A stretch of 64,000 nucleotides of DNA. It comes from Phyllosticta citribraziliensis (Eukaryota). The translations under genes and the position numbers were made by a program. This document shows, one piece after another, positions 1-12,033 of the stretch. How positions within the stretch are numbered: the first letter of the stretch is position 1; each line of letters opens with the position of its first letter. Under the pieces are notes generated by a model. It did no database searches. It was not told the DNA's origin and saw only the letters and a list, made by a program, of their open reading frames with translations. The stretch is taken from the NCBI RefSeq assembly GCF_038025025.1, contig NW_027117339.1, forward strand, positions 1,922,001 through 1,986,000, read 5' to 3'.

Positions 1-25
1 CCTCTTCATCTACGTTTTATCCTGC

Positions 26-270
26 GGAGGCCTGAGCTCATGAATCCAGGTCTCCCGCCAGAGACCGGCATTGCACAGCGCCGCGTCTGCTGGACGTCGA
101 TGCTCTTCGGGGCTCGTGCGGGGCAATTTTTGATCCTCTTCGTTCCATCTACAGAACTCCCGTGGAGGCCTGAGCTCATGGATCCAGGTCTCTCGCCAAA
201 GACCGGCATTGCACAGCGTCGCGCCTGCTGGACGTCGATGCTCTTCGGGGCTCGTGCGGGACAATTTTTT
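26..270. repeat. Tandem direct repeat, 138-bp period, about 1.8 copies
   Basis: ggaggcctgagctcatg starts at 26 and at 164; the copies are near-identical through ggggctcgtgcggg(g/a)caattttt. 138 bp = 46 codons; the minus ORF 6..314 repeats IKNCPARAPKSIDVQQxRRCAMPV. Confidence 0.9.
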
Positions 271-881
271 ATTTTAAAGTACTGCTGAACAAGCGGTGGA
301 TGGTGCTTCTTCACTCGCAGGCTTGTCTTGTGCGTGTGGATCCTGGGAGGCGACTTGGCTTTTGGATGAGCTTTTCACGTGGTCTGCGTTCTTGTGAAGG
401 GTTGCTTGTCCTGAGCAGCAGTTCAGGGGCCATTCTCGTGTGACGTGAGTGCGCTGCAGGCTATGTGGTCAGAACTTCTACTAATTCTTCAAAAGGTCGA
501 CCATGATGTCCAAGGATCACGCGTGGCCTTCAACTCAGTGTATGGATTTTTCGAGCACCCGCGTTTGCGTACCTGCGGTAGCATCAGCAGGAGTTTTGTG
601 GAATCGGCACCATGCGTGGCTTCTTTGATGAGGTTTGTCTTCGTTTGCTTCAGACTGTGTACTTGACTGACTTGCCCACTTGATGTCTTCACTGCCAGCG
701 AATGGATCACCACGCTGTTACGCATGTCGATCTATCTTGTGAGGAGTTTTTTCCCGCTATATATACTCCTCGCCCTCTCCCAGTGATTTCCGCATCAATC
801 TCCAGCGTATAGATTCTCAAGAGTATACCACTTGTCACCCTTTGATTCCAACAGCACCGTTCATCCATAGACCTGTTTGTC

Positions 882-1618
882 ATGTCTGGTTCCAACAATA
901 ACAGCCGCAGGAACAGTTCTCATTCTTACCAAGGCGACCCCCCGCCATACGGCTGGGAGCGCGACCCTCCTCCAGGTTACTACTCCCGTGGTGCGTACTT
1001 CGACAGACCGCCTCCTTACCGTGGTCAGTATCCCGCCATCTCCGAGCCCCCAGGTAGCAGGCGCCAGCAATCCTTCCAGAATTGGCCATTTCCTCCGCCC
1101 AGGTCCACGGTCGTCAATAGGCGCCAACAAGCCTACCAGGACTGGCCGTTCCCTCCACCCAGATCTACTGCTGTCAACGGCTCATCTCATTTCTCCGCTA
1201 CAGCGCATCCACGCTCGTCTTCGATTTCGTACTACCCCAGCAGCGGCACCGCCGGCCCAGGCGTCAGTACCGGACGCAGTGCTGGTCTGTACACAACTTC
1301 AGGAGGTCCTTCGAGACACCCACAGAACTTGTTCGGATATGAATCCTATGGCGGCGGACCGCAGCGCCATGGAAGCTCGTACTACTCAAACGGATTTGAT
1401 CCCTACGGATACAATCCATCGAGATACAACAGTGGCTCATTTTCCAGCATATACGACCGCCTTGAATCGCCGCGCTCGACCAATACAAGGGCTTCTCCAT
1501 CGTCAAGAAGGTAACATTTGTGGTTTCTTTCTCTTTGAGAAGCTGCTGACTCCATTTCGGCAGACCCAACCCGTTGCGCATGCATCCGCCAACGCCGCCT
1601 CCAGGCACACGATACTAA
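882..1618 (+). CDS. Hypothetical low-complexity S/G/P/Y/R-rich protein, probably 2 exons
   Basis: ORF 882..1514 with duplicated WPFPPPRST(V/A)VN. A candidate intron at 1511-1563 (gtaaca...gctgac...cag) extends it to ...PPPGTRY*. Confidence 0.45.
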
Positions 1619-2427
1619 CCCTGAAGGCTGTTCCTGAACGGTAGGTCTGCCTGGCACATGACTTTGAACGATTACTGCTCTCTTGAAGCCATTCTGGTCG
1701 AGGGTGCTCGGCCATTTCTTTCGATGCTCGCATTCGGCTTCCATTACTGAAGTCATGGATTGGATGGATGCGGTTCTGGCATTTTGCTTTTGCTTGCCGT
1801 TGTGATACCCAAATTAGCCAGAACTCTTGAAATTGAATAATGACCTCTTCTTTTTACAAACTTGACTCTGCGTTCATGATTCAGTTGCGTGTGCTAGTGA
1901 TCATTCATGGGGAAGTGGGTTGATCTCCATGGCTGGATCCAGGGGCAAGTGAAATCTGGAAGAACATGGCCGAAATTTACTTGCTTTTTGGAAATTTGAC
2001 CAAGTGCACGTTCAAAGAGATTACGAGTTGCACTCAGAGTAAAGCCTAAGAGCTCATGTATATTCGTTCCTGCTCCTGAGCAGACACTGGACTTTTGGGT
2101 CACCCATTCATTTCTTAGACAGGCTCGTTTCCAAATTCATATAGTTAATGACGGCGTCGACGACAAGGGATCTCTTACAAAATAGAAGTTCAGTCCGCCG
2201 AGCCCCTTTGTTAACTCCACGCCGCGAAGACCTCATCGTCAAAATGCCGGTTCAGGCGCCATCTTCTTTGTCACAACACGCCTTTCACGTCACGCAGCCC
2301 TCTGTCCACCTAAGCCCCCTTCTTCTTTGTTCCAAACACCAGGTACCTCGCCACCAACCCACCAGACCGGCACATCCAAAGGTTTCTCTCACAACTCATC
2401 ACGCTCTCTGTCTCCAACACCTGCGTA

Positions 2428-3969
2428 ATGGCTCGCCACCGCATCTCGACGTTGACGGCCATCCTGAGCCTCATCAATCTCATCTCCATCGCTCACGCTC
2501 AGAGCGAAACGACGCCCACAGCATCGACAGCCACCTCCGCACCGCAAAACACATCCTCAAGAACCACGGCGGCCTCCAACACGTCCGCCAGCCCAACAAC
2601 ACAGGCATCGGGCAACGCCGTTTCCGTCGTCACCACAAGCGGGAGCGGCACGACGCACACCATCGCCGTAAACAGGGAGAATGGCAAGTTCGACCCCGAC
2701 TCGGTGCTCGCGGACGTGGGCGAGTTTGTCGCGTTCCAGTTTTACCCTGGAAACCACAGCGTGGCGCGCAGCGAATACGGTTACCCATGTATCCCGTACG
2801 GCTTGTCGGCGAGCAACAGAACCGGAAGGGGGTTCTGGAGTGGGTGGAAGCCCTTTGTGGCGGGTGATTTGGTATGTGGAGTCGTCGAACTTCTGGACGG
2901 CAGTTGCTGGTATGAGGATTGGCTGCAAGGCGGCATTGCCTCTGTGGGATTGTCTTGTTGAAGACTGCTGACCTTCCTTGTGTCATGAACAGCCCGAGTT
3001 CATAATCCGCATCAACCGTGTCGAGCCGCTGTGGTATTATGACGCCGCACCGGGATACTGCCAGAGCTATTCCATGGTCGGCGTTATCAATCCCGTAAGT
3101 CTTTTTCTTCGCGTCTTCTGCTTCTCGCCAGACCGTCTCTTCCAAAGACGATCTGAAGGTAACCAGTATCTTTGTCAGACGAACACCAACCAACTTGCCT
3201 TCCAATCCTCCCTCGCCGGAGTGGCGACACTTGCCCTGGCCCCCGGAGAGCCTCTTCCCGCCTCGGCCACGATACCACTCAACTCGTCCTCCGCAGCAGC
3301 CAACACAAGCACCTCGTCGTCCCTCTCCGGCGGCGCCATCGCCGGCACCGTCGTAGGTAGCATAGCCGGTCTCTCGTCTCTCCTCACCCTGGTCTTCTTT
3401 CTGCTTCGACGGCGCAAACAGCGCCGCGACAGGGACAGACGCCTGAAAGAAGCGATGGAAGCGTCTGCGCTCGCCGACGCGATGCAAGCCAAGTCGCCCG
3501 GTGGCAGCGGCGCAATTTCGCCGCGAAGCGCAGGGTCTGGAGTCGCGCCGGGCCGCGGCATCGACTCTGTGATTTCTGGCAGCTTGTGGTCGGACGGCGA
3601 GGGCACCTGGAGGAGCGGCGGCCATGCGGGCCTCGCGGGCATAGTGGAGTCGCCAGAATACAACCAGGCCGATCCAGGAGCGGTTTTCGTGGAGGCGGGA
3701 GGCAACGAGGTGGCGGAGCTAAGTCAGTACGGCGACGGGACTGAGGGAAGAGTAGAGTGAGTGCTTTTTCTCTTCATTGTCTTGCTGGCTTCTGGACCTT
3801 TGAGTTCCCTTGTTTGAAGGTTTGGATTTGAATTGACGCGATGTTCAACAGATTACCGACGTCGCCGCTGCCGACGGACAGGAAGAGACCGTTCTCGTAC
3901 GAAGGACCATTCGAGATGGAAGGAGAAGAGGACGAGAAGGACGCGAAGCGAAGGAGAGAAAAGGAGTAG
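2428..3969 (+). CDS. Single-pass membrane protein with S/T-rich region and cupredoxin-like domain ('extracellular serine-rich protein' type), 4 exons
   Basis: Signal peptide, S/T stalk, FDPDSVLADVGEFVAFQFYPGNHSV...PCIPY, WYYDAAPGYCQSYSMVGVINP, TM LSGGAIAGTVVG...FFLLRRRK. Introns ~2873-2991, ~3095-3178, ~3758-3851; last exon ends ...RRREKE* at 3969. Confidence 0.8.
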
Positions 3970-4655
3970 GATATGTGGTCGATTCGGAGCACGCGTCGCA
4001 GCCGCAGTCCGCAGCAAGGGCAGTTTTCCAGACGCGAGCTTTTCCGTGAGGGAACCCATCCCGAAGCAAGAGATGGTTGGGGGCTGAAATAATCTTCAGT
4101 GTTCAACCAACCAGACCCTTGTCGCACAACGTCTGGTGTTCCTGCACGGATCGGGCCGCAACGCCTGAAGGATCACAATTGCCTGTTGGTGGTATCGTGG
4201 CGTGGAACTAACCGTGTTTGGAGGCGAAAGTCCGAGAAGTAAGACTGCGGTTACACAAGAATGCGGAGCGTGTTTCCTGTTGGCTGGATGGCTTGATAAA
4301 TTCCATCGCGCTGAAATTGAGTTCTAGACGATGTGTTGGTGGACTTTTGACGCATCTGATCGATATGCTGGGAGTGCTTGGATTGGACCTTCTAGAATGG
4401 CCCAGTCCTGTCTCGAAATTCAATGTTTTGGACAGGTAATTACCTGCTCACACGCTGTCTGGCGCTCTTGCTTTTGAGATGTAGCGAACAGTGCCCTTTA
4501 CTGATAAACACCGCCGCCGCTGATCCAACGCTGTCGAGGTATGAGACGCAATACACGAGATCCGCTGGAGGACGTCCCCTTGCTCCTTAGCATGGTATGA
4601 GTCGCTAAAAATCGATCCAGAGGAAATGATGCAAAAGAAGGAAGATATCGAGTCG

Positions 4656-6082
4656 TTAGCTGTTTGGTCGTTTTTGTTCGGGTTTGCGGCCGTGGACAAC
4701 GAAGCTGCAAAGTCAATTAGTACCCGGCGAAAATTCCAGAAGGGCGGAGGCGAAGATTCGAAACAACAACAAAGGGGCAAAGGAGCAGTGACATACAAGG
4801 ACACGTAGCTATGAAATTTATTCGCCATCAATTCCTTACGCATCCTTATGAGCATGATCTCCATCTCTGCTCTGCTCCTTCCAAACTCCTTTGTAAATCC
4901 TCGGAGTAAGAAAGCCTCGCCCCCTTCTAACAGGTTCATCCTCTCCATCGCCCCAATCTTCTTTAACCTCTTAGCTTTGGGCCACTCGCTCGTCGGCACT
5001 TTGAAAACAGTTTCTTGTACGTCCACGAAGCCAGCGTTGCGCATGTGCTCCTTGAACCGCCGTGGCGCGTGCGCGTCCGCTCCGATGGTGTCGCCGATTT
5101 CCATAAATGTCTGGCATAGTTCGACGTAGCCCGAGTTCTCGTCTAGGGTGCCGTCGTCACATTGAGGTACTGCCCACACGCAGCAAAGCTCGAGGTGGCC
5201 GCCTTCCTTGAGGTGTTCGTAGGCTTGCTGCGCGAAGCGTGGCCAGTTGCGTACCGAGAGATAGCAGTCACGGCTGTGGATAAAGTCAAAGCTGTTTTTG
5301 CGGAACTGCCAGTCCATTTCGCAGTCGTCAACTTCGAAATAGCAGTTTGGAGGAGTCCTGGTGGCGTTGGTCAGAGGCGCGGAATGGGCTTTGGGTGGCT
5401 GGCGACTTACCACGTCGGTTGCACCGGCGCAATGTCAGTCCCAATAACCTGCAGACTGTCAGTTCGCATTCTGCCGAGCTGCGTTGGGTGTTCTCAAACC
5501 TCGGCGGAAGGGAATTGTTCGGCCATGTCGATAGCCCAAATTCCTGAGGCGATTAGCGTTTGGCACTGGCAGGCAGGATTTCGACGCACCCGTTCCTGTG
5601 CCAATGTCTAGTATTTTTTGCGGACTGTCGCCTATCGGGGCAAGAAAAAGCCTATCTCCCAACAGCATCGTGTACTTGTGATGTTGCATGTCCACTGCTC
5701 CTTGGTCAGCAACGTTTTCCAAACACAAGTCATGCACTTACGGCGATCAAGTTCCCCCTCGTCGATTGGGCAACCATATTCATGGCTGCCGTAAGCTGGG
5801 TATATCCGACCATTTTCTTCTCGGCCTCGTCGAATTTCAGACGCAATGGAGGTCAGCATGCTCGAAGCGCTGGACGGAGAGTCAGTCGCTGGGTAGTCAA
5901 GGGGGGGCGTAGTGACGTGCCTTGATTCGGCATAGGCCTCGTCAGTGTCATCAGAATGCGACTGCGGGAAAGGGTCGTGTCAGATCAGCGTTCCAGTGGC
6001 ACTCGAAATGCAGGGCCCAAAAGCTTACGTCGGGCTCTATGGGCAATGTAGCGTCGAGGGTAGCGGTATCAGCATCAGCCAT
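4656..6082 (-). CDS. SAM-dependent methyltransferase, LaeA-like/TAM (Methyltransf_23) family, multi-exon
   Basis: [68 protein letters not shown], C-terminal VVHGRKP; ATG at 6082, TAA at 4656-4658. Confidence 0.9.
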
Positions 6083-6459
6083 GGCGGACGGCTGTGATGG
6101 GCGACGGATGGACGACTGGACACGGAGCGCTGCGACATGCCGAGGCGGTCTTGTTATAATCCCATCATGGAAGTCGTCTGCCGTCAGTAAAGTTAGCGTC
6201 AGAGTCAGAAGCTAGGTGTCGTGGGGCCCCGGTCCCTGCATCCGCGCTGCACACAACACGCACGCACCCAACTCCGTCCTCCTTGACCTCAACACCTCTT
6301 CCCGTCCCTCGTCATCACCGGCTTCCCTGCTTCTTCAATGCCAGAGCACCCAATCGCCGCTGCTCCATCTCAGCTGCGGCTGGCATCTCCCCGCAGCCTG
6401 CTCATCATTAAAGCTCGTCGACAGGCCTCCGCCGAATATGTCGAGAAGTTACCAACACC

Positions 6460-7923
6460 ATGGAACCGGCCGACCACCAGCACGAGCTTCGCTCGCTGGC
6501 CGCCAATCTAACTGCTGCCGTCGACGCCCACGCCTCCCTTTCCGATTCTGACGTTCACAGCCGCAACACCCTCATTCGCCTTGCCAAGCAAATCATCAAC
6601 CATGTCAAGGAGCCTCGGGAGACGGCTTTCGAGTACGCCGTCTCGGTCAGTTTTCCTTGCCCGCTGTCTGGATGCCAATTGACCCCGTGCAGATGGCCGA
6701 GATGGGCGCCCTCCGCGTCCTCATGGACTGGCGCGCCCTTGACTGCATTCCTGATGACCGCGGCATTTCGTACGCCGAGCTGGCTGAGAAGGTTGACGCC
6801 GAGGAGCCCCTGCTGCGTATGACGACCCCTACTCCACACGCTGATCTAAAGTTAACAGTATGATCTGCAGGTCGCATGGCTTGGATGCTTGTCGCTACCG
6901 GAATGCTTCAGCAAGTCGGAGCTGACCATGTCGCTCACACCAAGTTTTCAAAAATCTACCGCAACAAAGACCCTCAAGGCATCTTCTTCCAAATAATGTA
7001 GGAGATCCTGAATGGGATCTCGGAGACATCCCAACGTTTTCTGACGTCATGCAGGTTCGACGAGGGAATGGTCCCCTATACACGCTTCTCGGAATACTTT
7101 CGAAAATACGGCAGAAAGGAGCCAATCGAGCCTACACAATCTCCCCATGGCTTCGGCTGGGGGTACGAGGGCAAGAACTTTTGGGACATTATTGACGGCG
7201 AGCGTCTCGAGGACTTCAACACCAGCATGATGACCCTGGACTCGGTTCTTCCCGTGACTGGCATGTTCCCCTTCGAGTACATTCTTGAAAATGCCCACCA
7301 CGTGGATGCTGATGCACCACTCGTTGTTGACGTTGGCGGAGGCAGAGGCCAGGCTTTGATGCGGATCCGCGAGGAATGTCCAGACATCCCAGCACATAGA
7401 ATGGTCTTGCAGGATAGAGCAGAAGTGATTGAAGACGCAAAGCAAAAGGACGCCCCCGAGCTGAGGGGCGTCAAGATGGTGGCGCACAGCTTTTTTGATC
7501 CACAGCCGTCAAAGGGTAACGACTATTTCGGCCGCTCTGCCGGAAATTTCATGCTGACTTACTTGGCCAGGGGCTCTCATCTACTACGTGCGGCGCGTCA
7601 TGCACGACTGGAGCGACAAGTACAACGCTCAAATCCTCTCCCATCTCCGCGACGCCATGACGTCGCCGCAAGCGCGCATCCTCATAACAGACCAAATTAT
7701 GCCGTCACCGCCGACGACTCTTCCCGCTCAGACCGATCTTTGCATGCTGGGCCTCGGCGCCAAAGAGCGAACCGAAAAGGACTGGTACGCGCTCGCCGAC
7801 TTATCGGGTCTCGAAGTGGTCAAGTTTTGGAGGAGCCCCAACACCGAAGTGGCCGTGATTGAGTGCAAGAGAGCCGATGATGCAGGCGCGAGACGTCAGT
7901 CTGCAGGATGCAGGTACCAGTAG
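6460..7923 (+). CDS. O-methyltransferase (Methyltransf_2, fungal secondary-metabolism type), 5 exons
   Basis: VVDVGGGRGQ SAM motif, VLQDRAEVI, HSFFDPQP, YYVRRVMHDWSD, KERTEKDW; four canonical introns join the exons in frame. Confidence 0.92.
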
Positions 7924-9524
7924 AACTTGGTCATGACGAAATTGTCTGCTCGCTGCGGGAGGGCTCGTCCCAAAGAGGAAAAGCTGGTCCTTCAGATGCT
8001 GTCGGCCGACATGTACAGTTGCTTCTGCCCACATTCTGATGAGCGGATTAGATGATCTTGGCTCTGGAAGCGCTCTTACTTTCCTGTCCCTATAACCTAT
8101 CACTAGATTTAATTGGTCCATTTCAAAAAGGGGTTTCTGATGGTGACATGTTGTCGCAAAAGTTTCTTTGGCAAAATTGATTTGTCCATGCACTTGCCCT
8201 AGATAGGAAGTTGGCCAACCGGATGGCTTCATCACACAGAAAACAAAGAAGTAGTCACGATTCCTGTCCCGCGTTTTGACTTGGCCACGCACACGAAGCA
8301 TCCCACGGACTTACCTCACGCAAAAGCTCCGAATGAGCAATCCACTATACAACCCCGCAGATCCCCCAACTCGCCTACATAATTCTTCGACACCTCTTCC
8401 CATTCGTCACGCAGCGCTACTGCAGCGCAGCCTATAGCGCAGCACACATCCCAACTGACCAAAATTATTCCCAAAGACAAGCGATCCCTGCCCATCCCTG
8501 CCACGTATCCCCGCATAAGGTAGGCCCGCCGACGGGGGGCGCGGGAAGTCTGTTCAGACCAGGCAGAGAGTCCAGACCGGGACAGCCAGGCAGGTCGCCT
8601 AACGACTGCCGAACATGGCATCTGTGACGTCGCGTTTCGCGCGGCCACTGCGCTGGCAGCAGGCGGACTTCGAGGGGCGCTCCTTGAACCAATTCGCTTG
8701 GCGAGCAACGTATTCTGAGCTTAATTGGCTGCGAGTGAGGAGCAGGAGGAGCCGTTGCTGATCAGAGTCGGAGTGGTGGCGCCGATGCCTCTTGGGCGAG
8801 GGGATTGCGGGATTGTGGGAGGTCTGGCCATTTTTGGTCGTGGTCCATTGCTCTTGCGCTCTCGTCTCCACCAAGCTTCTCAAAGTCTTCCTGGAGTGGC
8901 GAGTCCACATGATGTCGCACGCATCGCGAAGGCGTCCTCGCAGTCTATTCGCGTGGTTTCACCGCGGCCAGCCTTCGTCCATGGCGACTCGTCCGTCCAA
9001 GCTCTCGGCGTACTTGGTACTCTTAAACGTTCGATCGCCATCGGAGGGGGCTATACTTGGTTGACCGACGGGCGCAGCGACGGCACGCTGCACGTCGGTG
9101 GGAGAAGAGCCCTGAAGCGATCTCCCGAGCGGAGAGGACTCCACCGACGGCGGACAAGACTCCACGACCTAGGCCCCGGACAACTCTCGACCGCACCGGC
9201 CACTTGTCGGCCGCCGGCGGGCGCATTTCCCTTCACGACTCTTCCGCCTGCGTCTCTGCTCCCTGGGCCCAACGATCTTCGCCGTGTGGGAAGAGAGTCT
9301 CCTTCAGAATTTTCTCTCCGTCGCAGACTTTTCATCTTGCCTGCGTTGCGTCTGTCGGCATCCAATGGCTGCGACCCACCTTGTTGTCCCCGGGCCTAGG
9401 GTCCACGACGGACGGACCAGGTACCCTCCCCCGGCCTGCGACATAAATCTTTGACACTTGTTGTTGTCGTTGCATCTCAGATTCTTGAACCTGTCAAGTC
9501 CCTTTCCCAGGCAAAAAAAGAAAA

Positions 9525-11182
9525 ATGGTCGAAGAACAGTCCAAAGACCTCAGTCCCAGCCCTGCAGCTCAGGAAAAGCACAGCACCCGCAATGGAGGCC
9601 TGTCTGCTCTGGCCGTCTTCCTCAGTGTAGTCGCCTCGACAGGTGGCTTCATGTTTGGCTACCAGTCTGGTCAGATTTCCGGTATGATCCATGACTTCCT
9701 GTCTGCCCAGCCAAACGCTGATTGATCCACTACCACCAGGCTTTCTGGAAATGGAAAACTACAAGGCGCGATTCGCTGAGCCGCAAGCTGATGGTTCTTA
9801 CTCGTTCAGCGCCTCTCGTCAAGGTGCCATTGTTGGCTTGTTCAGTATTGGCTGCTTAATCGGCTGTCTGGTTGCCGGCAAAGTTGCCGACGTCCTCGGC
9901 CGCCGTCTGACCATCTCCATCTGTGCTTTCGTCGCCATTGTCGGCAGCATCATTGAAGTTGCGTCCACCACGCACTGGGCCCAATTCGCCGTCGGCCGCT
10001 TGATTGACGGTATGGGAATTGGCGCCATTTCCGCGACGGTGCCCATGTATCAGTCTGAAAGTGCGCCGCCAGCTATTCGCGGTCCTCTCATCGCGCTTTA
10101 CCAGCTCTTCGTCACCCTCGGCATTTGGTTTGCCGAGATCGTCAACTTCGGAACGGAGACGCGGTCAGACAGTGGTTCTTGGAGAATCACGGGCGGCCTT
10201 TCCTTCGCCTTTGCGCTGATTCTGGGCTTGGGTATCTTGTTTCTACCCGAGTCACCACGTTACGCATACCGTGTCGGCCGTGTGGACGAAGCGAGGCAGA
10301 CTATGGCCAGATTGGCCAACTTGGAGCCGTATGACCCCGTAATCGAAGCAGAGATTAAAGAGATCCAGCAAAAGCTCGACGAGGACGCCAGCTCCGGTTC
10401 CGGACAGCCATGGTGTGAGTGGTTGCAAACTTCGAGGCCAAGAAACTCCCAGCTGACGGTGGAAAATAGATGAAATATTTACCGCGCCGCGCATGCTTTA
10501 CCGCACAGCCTTGGGTGTAGTCATTCAAGCGGGCTCTCAACTTACCGGCGCCAACTATTACTTTTACTACGGCACGACCATTTTCTCCGCCACCGGCTTG
10601 CAGAATTCGTTCGAAACCCAAGTTATCCTGGGCTCCGTCAACGTCTTCTGCACCTTTGGCGGCATCTACGTGGCCCAAAAGTGCGGCCGACGCATTTCGC
10701 TCATGGTCGGCGCGGCCTGGATGTTCATGTGCTTCATGGTATTCTCGTTCGTCGGGCAGTACCTGTTGAACCACGATGACCCGCAATCGACGCCAACGGC
10801 TGGCAACGTCATGATTGTCTTTGCATGCCTGTTTCTGGCGGCGTTTGCGACGACGTGGGGCCCGCTATCTTGGGCCGTCGTCGCCGAGCTCTACCCCAGC
10901 GCCTACCGCGCCAAGTGCATGGCGCTGGCCACGGCGTCCAACTGGCTATTCAACTTCCTCATCAGCTTCTTCACGCGCTTCATCACGGACGCGATTGACT
11001 ACTTCTACGGCCTCGTCTTCGCTGGCTGCTGCTTCGCACTCGTCTTCATCGTCTTCTTCTTTGTCATTGAGAGCCAGGGTCGCTCTCTCGAGGAGATTGA
11101 TACCATGTACACGCTCAAGGTCAACCCGATTACGAGTGCGAAGTGGCGGCCGCAGAAGGAGGCTCCACCCGCCGGCGAGTAG
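9525..11182 (+). CDS. MFS sugar porter (hexose transporter), 3 exons
   Basis: GGFMFGY, ADVLGRR, VPMYQSESAP, PESPR, QLTGANYYFYYG, WGPLSWAVVAELYP, ESQGRSLEEID. Confidence 0.95.
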
Positions 11183-12033
11183 GTTAGTACTGTGCTACTC
11201 ATGATCTTTCGTTTTGTCCCTTTGTTTTACTTTCTGGGGGAAAGAAAAGTTTAATAGACAGTATTTTGTTTGCGCATTTGGCATCGGCACACTAATAGTT
11301 GGCGCAACTTGAAAGTGTTTGTTTTTTCAGCATGGTCAGAAATTGGCAAAGTCACGATCTACATTTCATACTCATTACACAAAAAAGAGGCATGTAGAGA
11401 TTGCATACTCCACCAAACAACCACATTATTCCATTAGTTATTATAATGGCCGCCGCTGGCGTGCGGTGGTCGTAAGGACAACTGTATATAGATATTTACA
11501 GACAAGTAGGAAAAGCAAGTGTCCTTCTTCGCCTCTGTACGCCTCCCAGGTCGTGTAGTCTATGTCCCAATTTTGAAGCAAGTCGACTGCCATGTGTCGC
11601 AATTTATTCACCCATCCAGCGTGTGTTGTAAAGCAACCGAAAAAGAATTCAAAACGAGATGCAAGAAAGTGTGCGGTGTCAAACAGTCAGTGTGTTACTC
11701 TTTTCTTTTTGCGCGTGGAGAGTGGAGGGATGAGCAGAAATCCAAGAAGAGAGAAGAGACATGAGGGGCGAGCGGAGTTGGGGTAGGCTCAAAAAGCAGA
11801 CGCAACTCCTGCACTTTTCCAGAACCATAAAGATCACTGCTCACTGTTCATTGCTCACAATGTCTCGCTTCACTTCCCACCGTCAAAGCCATGTTGCACT
11901 CTTCAATCAAAACATCTTGCTTTTTTCGTTGGTCCTCGCACGCTATCATCAACGTCGTCATCATCGTCATCATCATTACGGCTGGGCCCTCTCCACCTCT
12001 TCCTCTCTCACCACCTGAGCCCGCGATTATCGC

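Noticed and set aside
26..270. Repeat as a CRISPR array or LTR
   Set aside because: Fungal context, only two long adjacent units, no spacers, no cas or retroelement genes.
4656..6082. Calling the methyltransferase laeA
   Set aside because: Large paralogous family; orthology cannot be established from motifs.
8316..9446. Overlapping ORFs up to 224 aa and SYGGRG (CreA-like) sites upstream of the sugar transporter
   Set aside because: No protein motifs; such hexamers are expected by chance at this GC content.
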